64,000 nt of DNA from NCBI RefSeq assembly GCF_009914755.1, contig NC_060928.1. The stretch is one strand, 5' to 3'. This DNA is from the human T2T-CHM13v2.0 reference genome, Homo sapiens. Each line of letters starts with the position of its first letter. Positions within the stretch are counted from its first letter, which is position 1. The notes under the pieces were generated by a model that saw only the letters and a list, made by a program, of their open reading frames with translations, was not told where the DNA came from and searched no databases. Shown here piece after piece: positions 16,577 to 40,907 of this stretch. Position numbers and translations under genes: made by a program.

Positions 16577-19500
16577 GAGAGAAAAAATGGCAGATAGGAG
16601 TCAGAACTAACTTGCAGCTCTTACCCAGATGGACAGAACAGCATGTGGAGACTCATATTGTGAACTTTTACTCCAAGAGCTACTGCAGGAAGATACCAGG
16701 AATACTAAAAGAATTCACAGATCCTTTGAAAGAAGAGGCTTGCTGCTACAAACTCTGTGAGACAGCCAAAAAACTGTGAGTATCCAAAGTGTGAGAGAAG
16801 GAAAGTCCGCTTCCAAATACACATCCTCACTGGGAAACCTGAAAATCCAGATCATGGGAGTAGGATTTAACCTTACCTAGAGCTGAAACTAGAGAGCCAA
16901 GAGAAATAGAAACGTAAACAAAGCAGCAGGGAGAGCCCTGTAGGAACTCCCTGCTTCCAGGGAAGCCCAGGGAAGCCATTTCTGACTTTATCTCACAGGG
17001 GTCTTTTGGGAGGGCTCCCAGTGGAATTGGGGAAAGACCACAAGGAGAAGGAAACTTCCAGCTGACCTTCATAATAATTTCAGCCAAGCGTAAATTGTCC
17101 TGGGCAGACAGGAAGTGCAGACAGGAGCACAGAAGTCATGGCAGGTGAGGAGGGTTGGAGCCTGAAATCCCTGCTTGCTTTCTCAGCAAGGAGGCTTGTA
17201 GCCTGGGGCAAGATCTCAGTCTTACTCACTGGCTGCCTGGATATAAAATCAGTGCTGGTGGGGCATGGCGGGAGTGAGACGGGCCTTGCTGGCTGCATGG
17301 GAGCTGGGTGAGACCTGTCACTGCTGGCTTTCCTCTACTTCCCTGGTGACCTGTGTGATGTATGATGCAGGAGAGGCAGCCATAATTCCCTTGGAACATA
17401 ACTCCATTGGCCTGAGAACCACACCTGCATCTCCTATTATAGCCATAGCAAGCCCTGCCCAAGGAGAGTCTGAGCTCAGACATACCTGACCCTGCCCTCA
17501 ACAGATGGTCTTTCTCTACCTGCCTTGGTAGCCAAAGACAAAAGACATAATCTCTTAGGAGCTCTATGGACCTGCCCATCACCTGAGAGACCTGAATATT
17601 TATCCAGGTGACCATAGCGCAAGCTAGCATCCCACCTATACTACACCCTCCTTAGGGTAGGCTGGTTTGCCCCCATATTATCCCCCCATAGTACTCTTTT
17701 GAAAGCACCACCTCCTGACTGGAGGTGAATCAACTCAAGCTATTACAACCCTTATAAAAGAACAACCCTGCTCCAACAAAGAAGACAACAGCTAATTACA
17801 TGGTCTGTAACATCATGGCTAACCAGAGGTCCTGAGTCTGTCCACATGACAACTTTACCACTAGCACAACCAGCACTTGAGAAAACCAGTTCACTGAACA
17901 AAACTACAACCAAGGACCCTTACAGAGTCCACTTCACTCCTCTGTTACTTCCACTGGAGCAGGTGCTGGTAGCCACAGCTGAGATACCTGAAGACTGATC
18001 ACATCACAGGACTCTTTGCAGACACTCCCCAGTACTAGCCTAGAGCCCAGTAGCTCCAATGGGTGGCTACACCCAGAAGAGCAAAAGCAATCACTGCAGT
18101 CTGGCTCTCAGGAAGCCTCATCCCTAGGTGAATGAAGAGAGCACCATATCAAGGGATCACCCTGTGAGACAAAAGAATGTGAACAGCAGCCCTTGAGCCC
18201 CAGATATTTCCTCTGACACAGTCTACCCAAATGAGAAGGAAAAAGAAAAACAATTCTGGTAATATGACAAAGCAATGTTCTTTAACACCCCAAAAAAGAT
18301 CACACTAGCTCACGAGCAATGGGTCCAAACCAAGAAGAAATCTGTGAATTGCCAGAAAAGGAATTCAGAAGATTGACTATTAAGCTATCCAAGGAGGCAC
18401 CAGAGAAAGATGAAAACCAACTTAAAGAAAATTTAAAAATAATACAGGATATGGATGAAAAAATTTCCAGGGAAATAGCATAAATAAAAACAATCACGAC
18501 TTCTGGAAATGAAACACACACTTAGAGAAATGCAAAATACACTGGAAAGTGTCAACAATAGAATCAAACAAGTAGAAGAAGGAACTTCAGAGCTCAAAGA
18601 CAAGGCTTCAGAATTAAACCAATCTGACAAAGACAAAGAAAAAAGAATTTTTAAAAAATGAACAAAGGCTCCAAGAAGTTTGGGATCATGTTAAATGACC
18701 AAACCGAAGAATAATTGGTGCCCCTGAGGAAGAAGAAAAATCTAAAAGTTTGGGAAACTTATTTGAGGGAATAATCCAGGAAAACTTTTCTGGTCTTGTT
18801 AGAGATCTAGACATCCAAATACAAGAAGCTCAAAGAACACTTAAGAAATTCATCGCAAAAAGATAATCACCGAGGCACAGAGTCATCAGGTTATCTAAAG
18901 TCAAGACAAAAGCAAGAATCTTAAGAGCTGTGAGGCAAAAGTATCAGGTAAACTATAAAGGAAAACCTATCAGATTAACAGTAGATTTCTGAGCAGAAAC
19001 CATACAAGCTAGATGGGATTGGGGTCCTATCTTTAGCCTCCTTGGACAAAACAGTTATTAGCCAACAATTTTGTACTCAGAAAAACTAAGCTTCATAAAT
19101 GAAGAAAACTCTTTTTTAGAAAAACAAATGCTGAATTTGCCACTACCATGCCAGCAATACAAGAACTACTAAAAGGAGTTCTAAATCTTAAAATAAAACC
19201 TTGAAATTCGATAAAATAGAACCTCCTTAAAGCATTAATCTCATAGGGCCTATAAAACAATAACACAATGAAAAAAAACTTAGGCAACAAGTAGCACGAT
19301 GAATAAAATAGCACCTCACATCTCAATACTAATGTTGACTGTAAATGGCCTAAATGCTTCACTTAAAAGATGCAGAATGCCAGAATGGATAAGAATTCAC
19401 CAACCAAGTATCTGCTGTCTTCAAGAGAGTCAACTAACCCATAAGGACTAACATAAGCTTAAGGTGAAGGGGTAGAAAAAGAAGTTCCATGCAAATGAAC

Positions 19501-19582
19501 ACCAGAAGTGAGCAGGAGTAGCTATCCTTATATCAGACAAAACAGACATTAAAGCAACAACAGTTAAAAAAGACAAAGAGGG

Positions 19583-19830
19583 GGTCCTGGTACGGGACAT
19601 GTGAGAGGTATGCTCCAACTTCCAGTTTCTGTGGAAATTCAGTAGAGAGATAAACGTTGTTTTCATCAAGGGTTTGTACCAGCTATTATTTCTTCCTGAA
19701 AAACAAACAAGCAAGTTTCTGTGGATCAGGAATTTGGGAGCAGATCAGCTGGAGGACTCTGACTCAGGATGTCTCATAAGGTTGCAATCAAGACATCAGC
19801 TAGGACTGTAATCATCTCAAGAAAATAAAG
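19583..19830 (+). other. Non-L1 leader in front of the L1PA (candidate 5' transduction), including an antisense MLT1-like piece at 19715-19821
   Basis: Lies between the outer duplication AAGAGGG (19576-19582) and the L1PA 5' end. No similarity to L1. Confidence 0.65.
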
Positions 19831-27685
<7,855 letters not shown>

Positions 27686-27772
27686 GAAAATGGGGGTGGG
27701 GAGGACAGAGAGAGGAAAGAAGGAGTCAAAAGGAGGGAAAAAGGAGTGGGGAATAAAATAATTCTCATGTTT
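27686..27772 (+). other. Non-L1 tail after the L1PA poly(A) (candidate 3' transduction)
   Basis: Purine-rich unique sequence with AATAAA at 27752-27757, ending 15 nt later at the second AAGAGGG (27773-27779). Confidence 0.65.
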
Positions 27773-30595
27773 AAGAGGGACATTATATAATGATAAAAGA
27801 ACTAGTCCAAAGGGAAAATATCACAATCCTAAATATATATGCACCTAACACTGAAGCTCCAAATTTAATAAAACAATTACTACTAGACCTGAGAAATGAG
27901 ATAGACAGCAACACAATAATAGTGGGGACTTTAATACTCCACTGACACCACTGGATAGGTGATCACGACAAAAGTCAACAAAGAAACAAGACTTAAAGTA
28001 TAACCCAGAACAAATGGACTTAGCAGATATTTACAGAACATTCTACCCAGCAACTGCAGAATATATATTCCATTCATCCACACATGGAACATTCTCCACG
28101 ACAGATGATATGATAGGTCACAAAACAAGTCTCAATAAAGTTAAGAAAATCAAAATTATATCAAGTACTCCCTCATACCACAGCAAAATAAAATTGGAAA
28201 TTAACTCCAAAAAGAACCTCAAAACTAAACAAATACATAGAAATTAAATAATCTGCTCCTGAAGGTTCTTTGGGTAAGCAATGAAATCAAGATGGAAAAT
28301 AAAAAATTATTTGAACAATAATAGTGACACAACCCGTTAAAACCTCTGGGATACAGCAAAAGCAGTGCTAAGAGGAAAGTTCATAGCATTAAATGCCTAC
28401 ATCAAAAATTCTGATGTAGGCATCAGACAATCTAAGCTCACACCTCAAAGAACAATAGAAACAAGAAGAAACCAAACAAACCAAACCCAAACCCAGCAGA
28501 AGAAAAAAAAAAATAACTAAGATCCAAGCAGATCTAAATGAAATTGAAACAAAAATGCAAAACATAAGTGAAACAAAAAGCTGTTTACTTGAATAGATAA
28601 ACAAAATTCGTACACCATTAGTGAGATTAACCAATAAAAGAAGATCCAAATAAGCTCAATTAGAAATGAAATGGGAGATATTACAACAGATACCACAGAA
28701 ATACAAAAGGTAATTCAGGGTTACTATGAACACTTTTATGTGCACAAACTAGAACACCCAGAAGAGATGGATAAATTCCTGGAAATACATGCTCCTAGAT
28801 TGAGCCAGGAAGATATATAAACTCTGAACAGATCAATAACAAGCAGCGAGATTGAAATGGAAACAAAAAAAAATTGCCAACAAAAAACAGTCCAGGACCA
28901 GACAGATTCGCAACTGAATTCTATCGGAAAGTCAAATAAGAATTGGTACCAATTTTAATGAAACTATTCCAAAAGATAGAAAAAGAGGGAATCTTTCATA
29001 AATCATTCTATGAAGCCAGTATTATCCTAACACCAAAACCAGTAAAGGACATAACAAAAAAAAGGAAAGCTACAGACCAACATCCCTGATGAACATAGAT
29101 GCAAAAATCCTCAACAAAATACTAGTGAACCGAATCCAACAGCATATCAAAAAGACAATTCGCCATAATCAAGTGGGTTTCATAAAAGGGATTCAGGGAT
29201 GGTTTAACATACACAAGTCAAAAAATGTGATACACCACATGAACAGAATTAAAAACAAAAATTGCATGACCATCTCAATAGATGCAGAAAAAAAAACTGA
29301 CAAAAGCCAGCATCCCTTTATGATTAAAACCCTCAGCAAAATCGGCATAGAAGGGATATACCTTAAGGTGATAAAAGTCCCCGCAGCCAACATTATACTG
29401 AATGGGGAAAAGTTTAAAGCATTCCCCCTGAGAACTGGAACAAGACAAGGATGCCTGCTTTCACCATTTGTATTCAACATAGAAGTGGAAGTCCTAGCCA
29501 GAGCAGTCAGACAAGAGAAAGAAAGAATGGGCATCCAAATCAGTAAAGAGGAAGTCAAACTGTTGCTGTTCACCAATGATATAATCACATACCTAGAAAA
29601 CCCTAAAAATGCATCCAAAAAGCTCCTAGATCTGATAAATAAATTCAGTAAAGTTTCAGGATACAAAATCAATGCATACAAATCAGTAGCACTGCTATAC
29701 ACCAACAGCAACCAAGCTGAGAATCACATCAAGAACTCAATCCCTTTTACAATACCTGTAAAAATAAAATAAAATACTTAGGAATATACCTAACCAAGGA
29801 TGTGAAAGACCTCTACAAGGAAAACTACAAAACACTGCAGAAAGAAATCATAGATGGCACAAACAAATGGAAAACACATCCCATGCTCATAATTGGGTAG
29901 AACCAATATTGTGAGAAATAACCATACTGCCAAAAGCAATCTACAGATTCAATGCAATTCCCATAAAAATAACACCATCATTCTTCACAGAATTAGAAAA
30001 AAAAATCCTAAAATTCATATGGAACCCAAAAAAGAGCCTGCATAGCCAAAGCAAGACTAAGAAAAAAGAACAAATCTGGAGGGATCACATTACCTGACTT
30101 CAAACTATACTCTATGGCCATAGTCACCAAAACAGCATGGCACTGAAAAATAGGCACATAGACCAATGGAACAGAATACAAAACCCAGAAATAAAGCCAA
30201 ATACTTACAGTCAACTGATTTTCAGCAAAGGAAACAAAAACATAAAATGGGGAAAGGACACCCTTTTCAACAGATGGTCCTGGGATAACTGGCAAACCGC
30301 ATGTAGAAGAATGAATCCAGATCCTCATCTGTCACCCTATATAAAAATCAACTCAAGATGGATCAAAGAATTAAATCTAAGACATGAAACCATAAGATGC
30401 TAGAAATTAACATCAGAACAACTTTTCTAGACATTAGCTTAGGCAAAGACTTCATGACCAAGAACCCAAAAGGAAATGCAACAAAAACAAAGATAAATAG
30501 ATGGGAATAAACTAAAAATCTTCTGCACAGAAAAAGGAATAATTAGCAGAGTAAACAGACAATCCACAGGTGGTAGAAAATATTTGCAAACTATG

Positions 30596-30918
30596 TGTGA
30601 TGATTAATATTGAGTGTCAACTTGATTGGACTGAAGGATTTAAAGTATTGTTCCTGGGTGTGTCTGTGAGGGTTTGGCCAAAGGAGATTAACATTTGAGT
30701 CAGTGAACTGGGAGAGGAAGACTCATCCTCAGTGTGGGTTGGCACCATCTAATCCCACCATATGAAGAAGGATGTGTTTGCTTCCCCTTCTGCCATGATT
30801 ATAAGTTTCCTGAGGCCTCCTCAGCCCTGCAGAACTGTGAGTTAATTAAACCCCTTTCCTTTAAAAATTACCTAGTTTTGGGTATTTCTTCATAGCCGCG
30901 TGAGAATGAACTAATACA
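30596..30918 (+). mobile_element. Chimeric solo LTR: MLT2A-like 5' half plus THE1-like 3' half
   Basis: TGTGATG.TTAATATTGAGTGTCAACTTGATTGG...GGCACCATCTAATC joins CCACCAT.TGAAGAAGGATGTGTTTGCTTCCCCTTC...ACTAATACA. One perfect 5-bp TSD CTATG (30591-30595, 30919-30923). Confidence 0.82.
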
Positions 30919-31121
30919 CTATGCATCCAACAAAGGACTAATACCCAGAAACTATAAAAAACTCCAACAAATCAGCAAGAAATAAAACAAATAATCCCAT
31001 AAAAAAGTGGGCTAAGGGCATGAATAGACAATTCTCAGAAGAAGATATACAAATGGCCAAGAAACATAGGAACAAATGCTCAACATCACTAATGATCAGG
31101 GTAATGCAAATCAAAACCACA

Positions 31122-31240
31122 ATACAAAACCACCTTACTCCTGCAGGAATGGCCACAATTTAAAAAATCAAAAAATAATAGATACAAAACCACCTTACTC
31201 CTGCAACAATGGCCACAATTAAAAAATCAGAAAATAATAG
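31122..31240 (+). repeat. ~60-bp tandem duplication inside the L1PB
   Basis: ATACAAAACCACCTTACTCCTGCA...AAATAATAG at 31122 and 31182. Confidence 0.9.
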
Positions 31241-31532
31241 ATGTTGGCATGGATGTGCTGAAAAGGGAAGACTTTTATACTGCTGGTGGGAATGTAAACT
31301 AGTACAACCACTATGGAAAACAGTATGGAGATTCCTTAAAAAACTGAAAGTAGTCCTACCATCTGATCCAGCAATCTCACTGCTGGGTATCTACCCAGAG
31401 GAAAAGAAGTTGTTATATGAAAAAGATATTCGCACATGTAGGTTTATAGCAGCACAATTCACAATTGCAAAAATAGGAACCAGCTCAAATACCCATTAAT
31501 CAACAAGTGGATAAAGAAAATGTGAGATATAC

Positions 31533-31574
31533 ATAGATAGATGATGGATAGATTAGATAGACAGATAGATGATT

Positions 31575-31624
<50 letters not shown>
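31533..31624. repeat. GATA tetranucleotide microsatellite; perfect (GATA)12 from 31575
   Basis: Direct reading. Confidence 0.97.
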
Positions 31625-31989
31625 AAATGGAATGCTACTCAACCATAAAAAGTAACAAAATAATGGCACTTGCAGCAACCTGGATGGAATTGGAGACCAT
31701 TATTCTAAGTGAAATAACTCATGAATGGAAAACTAAACATCGTATGTTCTCACTTATAAGTGAGAGCTAAGCTATGAAGACACAAAGGCATAAAAATGAT
31801 ACAATGGACTTTGGGGACTCAGAGGGAAGGGTGGAAGAGGGGGTGAAGGATAAAAGAATACACGTTGGGTACAGTGTACACTGCTTGGGTGATGGGTGCA
31901 CCAAAATCTCAGAAATCACCACTAAAGAACTTATCCGTGTAACCAAACCCCACCTGTTACCCAAATACCTATTAAAATATTTTTTAATT

Positions 31990-34750
<2,761 letters not shown>

Positions 34751-36446
34751 TCAAAAACAACTCTCTCTCTCTCTCTCTCTCCAATCCCCCAACCCCATCT
34801 CTTACAACAAGAAAGTATGTCCCTAGTATATCTGGAAGCCATCTTTTGACCAAGAGAAAAGCCAGCATGAGGAAACTGTTAACACAGGGACAGAAGAAAA
34901 GAAAATGTCTCTGAAGGGAAGAGAGCCAGAATTGTGATTACATTAAACCTAAAGATTTTCAACGATGTGACCTGATGAAATTCCATAATGGTTAAGTCAT
35001 TTTGAGTCATAATTTTACATCTTTTCACCTTAGGTGAAAAGCATCCTAACCAAGATAAGTATATGCTCAGCATTATATTGATAATTTATAATACGCCATT
35101 GGAAAAAAACTCTCTTCCTGGCATTTAATTATATTACTTATTTCAAAGAAAATGCAGTAAAAAACTGATCTGTATATCTACTGATATGTCTATCAGTAAA
35201 ACAGATAAGTATATCTATGTATACCTACTATGCATAAGCCTTACAGGTGCTACATAGAGGTGATATCTGTTGTTTATACTCTTTGTCTTCCCTTCTTCCT
35301 TTTTTTGATAACAGTGCCCCAATTTACGCTTAGCTAACCATAATCTAGCATTACTAATTCATGTCTTCCAGATGAGATAGACCCTCCTTGTCACTAAAAG
35401 TAGACATGTGACTCACAGCATTGTAAGAAGATAGTAATGGAACACAGGTCCCCAAATTTACCCTCCCAATCTCTTCTCAATTACTTTCCCCAACAAGAAA
35501 AAATGCTACTGCAGGTAAGCAGGGGCATCTAAAGCAGGGTCACTTGAGGTCACAGGCTCCAGGGTCTCTAAAAGGAAAGAGATACTCTCACTCTTCTCTG
35601 TTTTAGGTAGTCTGGAGGGCCTTGTTATAGAAAGACTTAAAACAAAGGTCTCAATTTTATGGCTTCCAGTGAAAGTTAGCCTGAGGAAACCTATGAATGC
35701 CTTCAGGAAAGCATTACATGGGCTTATTTGTGTGTGTTCTTGGGAAGGTCAGACTAATCTGGGTAGTGACAGGTCATATGGAGGAACGCTGCACTCATGG
35801 AAGAGTTGCTTGTAGCCCCTGAGGTTAGGCAAGCATTCTCCCTTGCACCCAGGGAGCTCTGGGAGAAGAAAGACTTTTTTTAAAGCTTCAGCTGGGTGTG
35901 GACAGATTGCCAGTTGGTTTACTGCCAGCCCACAAAAGCAGAAACCTTTCCCCTGGCAGGTTTGCCACTGCATAAAAGACCCTAACTACTTGTCCTGTAA
36001 TTATAGGTCAGTGTATACAGAGCCTGAGGTCTGAACAGGAAATGGAAAATAATAACTTGCCCTAGTAGTACTAGCAAGCCAGAGAGGAAAACTAAGATAA
36101 ACACTTCAAACAGGTGTTTTGTTGAAATAGAACTGTTAGAAGAGCCAGGTGAAAACTTTTCTAAAAAGTAATAAATTCACTCAAGAAGATATAATTAAAG
36201 ATTAGGAGTTAAATATATGATAGATGCTAGAATGATAAAATATACATATTTTAAAAATAGGTAATGACTCCATGTGTTTCTGACAGTATACCCTTCCTGG
36301 TTGAAATAACTAAAATGAAATAACTAATGGAAATAACTGAAATGCTACATAACATATTTTTAAAAATTAATACTGCTTAGCCGGCATGAAATTCAGGAAT
36401 CTAAATATTTCCAAAACTGAAAAACTGGAGGGAATAGCTGAGAAAT

Positions 36447-36795
36447 TGACTTAGTCTGTTTTGTGTTGCTATCACAGAAAACCACAGACTGGGTAATTTA
36501 TAATGAAAAGAAATTTGTATCTCACAGTTCTGGAGGCTGGGAAGTCCAATATCAAGGTGCCAGCATCTTGTGAAAGCTTTCTTGCTACATCATCCCATAG
36601 TGAAAGGCAGAAGAGCAAAAGAGCAGACACTCAAGAGAGAAAGTAACCTACTCCTACAATAATGGCATTCATCCATTTATGGGGGTAGAGACCTCATGAC
36701 CCAATCAGCTCTCAAAGGTCTCACCTCTCAACACTGTTGAATGGGGAGTTAAGTCCCAACACAGGAACTTTGGGGGACATGTTCAAACGATAACA
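36447..36795 (-). mobile_element. MaLR solo LTR (MST-type)
   Basis: CTTAGTCTGTTTTGTGTTGCTAT...CTCACAGTTCTGGAGGCTGGGAAGTCCAA...TTCAAACGATAACA. Confidence 0.85.
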
Positions 36796-37339
36796 CTGCC
36801 TATCTAGTCCTTGTCACTGGACAGAAAAAGAAGAAATTCTCACCTGTGAATTCATAACCACTTACACTATATGTGATGATCAAAAGCACACAAGTAAAAA
36901 ATTTTATTTAAGGTTTTTCCAAGTTAATAGTATACCAGATAACAGGCAAAAAGAAGCACAAATATTCCTTACTCAATTTTAACCTAAGCTTCAAATAATT
37001 TCCAGAGATTGTTTCAAGAAACGTAAGCAATTTATTATTTATAATTCAGTTGACATATTAAACAGCATATGAAATATAGCTGAAAAGAGAATTGATAAAC
37101 TAGAAGGCAAATATAAAGAAATTATCCAGAATGAAATCCAAAGAGATAAGAGATATTAAAAGACACAGAGATTAGATTGAGAAGATCTAACATATACCTA
37201 ATTTAAATTCCAGAAAACAAGTCTAGGGAAAATGAAAGAGAGGAAATGTTACAAAAGATAATGGACTAGGAATGTAACTGTTGAAACATCAAATCTTGAG
37301 ACCCAGGGAGCCATATAACATGCTTCCAAAATCCAAGCT

Positions 37340-37760
37340 TATTATATTAATATACAAAAACATTAATATTAATATTATATATTAATGTTATTGTTAATAT
37401 AATCATTATATTATTAAACATATAATTTATACATAAACAATATATTATATATAAATGTATATGATATATAATATACAATAGTTATAATATATAATAAATT
37501 ATATATTGACTTCTATATAATATAGAATTATATAACTTATAAATTATATATAGCTTTATATATAAATCAATAATTATATATTGATGTGTACAATTATTAT
37601 TTTATATTATTATTAATAATTATATAATTGGTATTATATAAATATTAATTTTATATTGCAATAGTTATAAAGTAAATATCATATAACATTATTAATATAA
37701 TAAATATAGTATATTAATATTAATAACTTGTATTTATTAACAATATATTAATAAATGACA
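37340..37760. repeat. Very AT-rich low-complexity tract
   Basis: Degenerate TATA/TAAT repeats with almost no G or C. Confidence 0.9.
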
Positions 37761-38011
37761 TAATTTCACATTTCTTTCAGATTTCTGTAAAAGCTTATCA
37801 GGAGTTATATATATGCAAAACCATATTTATCTTATTAAAGAGGCATGTATAAGTGTCAGACCATCACTTATGAATAGATTTGACAGCCAGATATACAACC
37901 TTTCAGAAAACAGAAGCAAACCTCCTCCATAAAAACAAGTAATTGGCAGCTGTCTCAATGATGTCCAGTAACTAGCCTTATTTCACTCAGAACAGTTTTG
38001 TCGGCTTCATA

Positions 38012-38122
38012 TAGCATGACCAATCACCCTGGTTTACTAGAGCCTGAGGGTTTCCTGCGCAAGGGACTCTCTGTGCTAAAAGCAAGATAGTCCTGGATCA
38101 ACCGGGATGAGTTAAGTCTCTA
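38012..38122. mobile_element. MER81-like hAT MITE
   Basis: Decayed terminal inverted repeats (TAG..TGACCAA.C.CCCTGGTT / AACCGGGATGAGTT....TA) around GGACT.TC.GTGCTAAAA. Confidence 0.65.
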
Positions 38123-38161
38123 TTTCCATGCCTTCATAGAAATCATTAAAAGATATCTCTC

Positions 38162-38543
38162 TGTTATGGGCTGAATAATGTCACCCACCCTGAAATTCCT
38201 ATGTTGAAGTCCTAACCCCCAGTACCTCAGAATGTAACTGGATTTTGAGATAGGGTTTTTAAAGAGGTATATAAGTTAAAATGAGGACAGTGGGATGGGC
38301 CCTAATCTAATATGACTGATGTCCTTATAAGACGAAATGATTTGGACGTGGACACAGAGGGACAACCACATGAGGACAGGGAGAAGATGGCCATCTGCAA
38401 GCCAAGGAGAGAAGCCCTCAAGTAAACCAATGCTGCCAACACATTGCTGTTGAACTTCCAGTCTCTAGAACGATAAAAAATATTTCTGTTGTTTAAGCCA
38501 CCCAGTCTGAGATATTTTGTTTTGGCAGCCCTAACAAACACAT
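38162..38543 (+). mobile_element. MLT1B-like solo LTR
   Basis: TGTTATGGGCTGAAT...GTTGAAGTCCTAACCCCCAGTACCTCAGAATGT...GGCAGCCCTAACAAAC. Confidence 0.85.
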
Positions 38544-39184
38544 TCTCTAAGGGTTTATTCTCATTTTTGGTTTAGTGTATTTCAGCTGATGATTATAGCC
38601 TAATCCTCCCCCTCTTCTTGGGGCCTCTCTTCTCTGTACTCTTCCTCCTCATATCTCACACAGGCAGATTTGTTCCTGCCTCCTCACCTACATTACGAGC
38701 TCCGCACAGTCTCCTTTCTTCTGGCTCCGGCTCCCTCATTAATCTTTCTGTTATTAACGCTATTAACTCGTTAAACTATCTCTCCACCTTTCCAAACTTC
38801 CATTAACTCTGGCACTCCATAAGTGTTAGTCAAATAAATGAAGAATCACACTAACTCCTCTTTCCTTCCCTCTCACTCCAAACTCTTGGTGAGATTCTTT
38901 TGCACTTATGCCCTCGTTTCCCCATTTCCCACTCACTTGTCAGTCTCCTCATTCTTGGTTTTCCTCATTATATTGAAACACATCTGAAAAAGTCATGTAA
39001 GACCACAGCCACTGCGTATCAGTGCTATTTGAGAGTTAATAAAGTTCCCTTTTCCTCCAAGACAGCGAGCAGAGTGAACAGAAGAAAGACTGGTTTCTGC
39101 CCTTGGCTGCACAGCCATGCCCCGAGGCCGGGCTTAGGATTTTATAATTCACAAAGTCAACTGTCTCTTCCCCTCTCCATCCTT

Positions 39185-39760
39185 TAGGAACTGTCTGCAG
39201 TATCTGACACTGTTGAGAGCTCTCATACCCTTTAAACTCTCTCTTCTCTGGCTTTCTGAGCTTTCCTCCCACTTTTGATGGCACTGCAGGAGTTTTTAAG
39301 CATCTCTCTCTCATACCAACCCCAGAAATAAAGTCATTCCTCGAATTCCTGTACTTAGCCCCTTGTCTCCTAACTCTTTGACCACTAATGTTTTAGAAAC
39401 ACTCTCCTGACAACTATCGCATCTTTGCAGTTGTTTCCATTTCCAACGCCATGTCTCTCTGAGCAGCAGCCTTGAGTTTTCAATTGCATATTTATTAGTC
39501 ATTTCCATATGGACATCTCACTAAATCTGTCATACTAAACATGTCTAAAATATGTATGTTTACATGTTACATGTATGTTTGGTATGTGGGAATGCATTAC
39601 ATTCCCACAGATTTTTTCCCAGTTACAGTGTTACTATTCTAATCACTCAGACTAGAACACTCAGAGCTATCTATGAGTCTTCCTCTCACTCAAACTGCAT
39701 ATATAATCTATAAACAGGTCCCGTTGACCTCATCTTCTAAAAATCTCTTACATGCTCCTT
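39185..39760 (+). mobile_element. L2 fragment
   Basis: CTGCAGTATCTGACACTGTTGA...AAACATGTCTAAAA; pyrimidine-rich L2 signature. Confidence 0.6.
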
Positions 39761-39774
39761 TTTATATCATTGGA

Positions 39775-39990
39775 TAATAGTTTAGTGTGGTGGTTAATAT
39801 CATGCACACTGGAGCCAAATCTGTTAGGTTCAAATCCTGACTCTCCTTCTATTTACTAATTATGAAACCTTAGGAAAATTATTCAACTTTTCATCTGTAA
39901 ATATGGGGATTATAATGGTGATCCACTTTATATGACTGACAACCAAATAAGTGAATACGTGTATAGCAGGTATTAACCATATGCTTAGCC
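39775..39990 (+). mobile_element. MIR
   Basis: GTGGTTAA...GGTTCAAATCCTGACTCT...TCATCTGTAAA.ATGGGGAT. Confidence 0.75.
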
Positions 39991-40247
39991 GACCTATTTC
40001 AACCTCCTAACCAACCAGAAGAACTGTAGTTCCCTGCTCTCTTGCATCTAAGTGGGGCCATGGAATGTGGGCAGAAGTGTTGTGTCACCTTTACTCAGAG
40101 GCAATTAAAAAGAAGACATACTTTTCCTATGTTCTCATTGCCAATGAACACACTACACAGATCTCAACCTCAGAATTCTCTCCACACTGGTATTTCCAAA
40201 ATAGCTTCATGAGAAGGGAAATTTGTGTAGTTTCAATGATTTAGTGA

Positions 40248-40664
40248 TGCTATGGTTTGGGTATTTGTCTCCTCTAAACCTCATGTTGAAATGTGACCCC
40301 AATTTTGGAGGTGGGGCCTAATGGGAGATGTTTCGGTCATGGAGGTGGATCCCTCACAAATAGATTGATGCTATTCCCTGCAAGGAGGAGAGGATGAGTG
40401 AGTTCTCACTGCATTAGTTCCTATGAGAGCTGGTTGCTAAAAAGTTTGGCATCTCTCCCCTCTCTCTCGCCATACGATCTCTCTGCACACACCACCCGCC
40501 TTTGCCTTCCATTGAGTGGAAGCAGCCTGAGGCCCTCACCAGACGCATATGCTGGTGCCATGCTTCTTGTACAGTCTGAAGACTGTGAGCCTAATAAACC
40601 TCTTTTCATTATAAGCTACCTAGTCTTGTGTATTCTGCCATAGCAACACAAATGAACTAAGACA
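40248..40664 (+). mobile_element. MSTB-like solo LTR
   Basis: TGCTATGGTTTGG...AATAAACCTCTTTTC...GAACTAAGACA with perfect TSD AGTGA. Confidence 0.92.
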
Positions 40665-40907
40665 AGTGACAAACACAAAATAACTTGTCTTTTAGACAAT
40701 ATTGATGTCTGAAATTCCACATTGAGGCATTTTTTTCCTCTTCGTAGCCTGATAATGGCAAATACCTTCTGACACCTTAGGATGGATGAATTTGTAAGAG
40801 ATATTCCTGGAAGCAGGTTTGTACAGTGTAGAGAAAATGTTGGGTAACAAAGCAGGAATGGAGGAGGGTTAATCAGCAAGCCAAAAAGCTTTTATAGTTT
40901 TGCCTGC

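Noticed and set aside
34760-36100. Semi-unique region with AP-1 (TGAGTCA, TGACTCA at 35409) and ETS-like motifs, possible enhancer
   Set aside because: Motif density is near chance and parts look like decayed LTRs; needs chromatin data.
37340-37760. AT-rich tract as a candidate MAR or origin
   Set aside because: No defined structure beyond low complexity.
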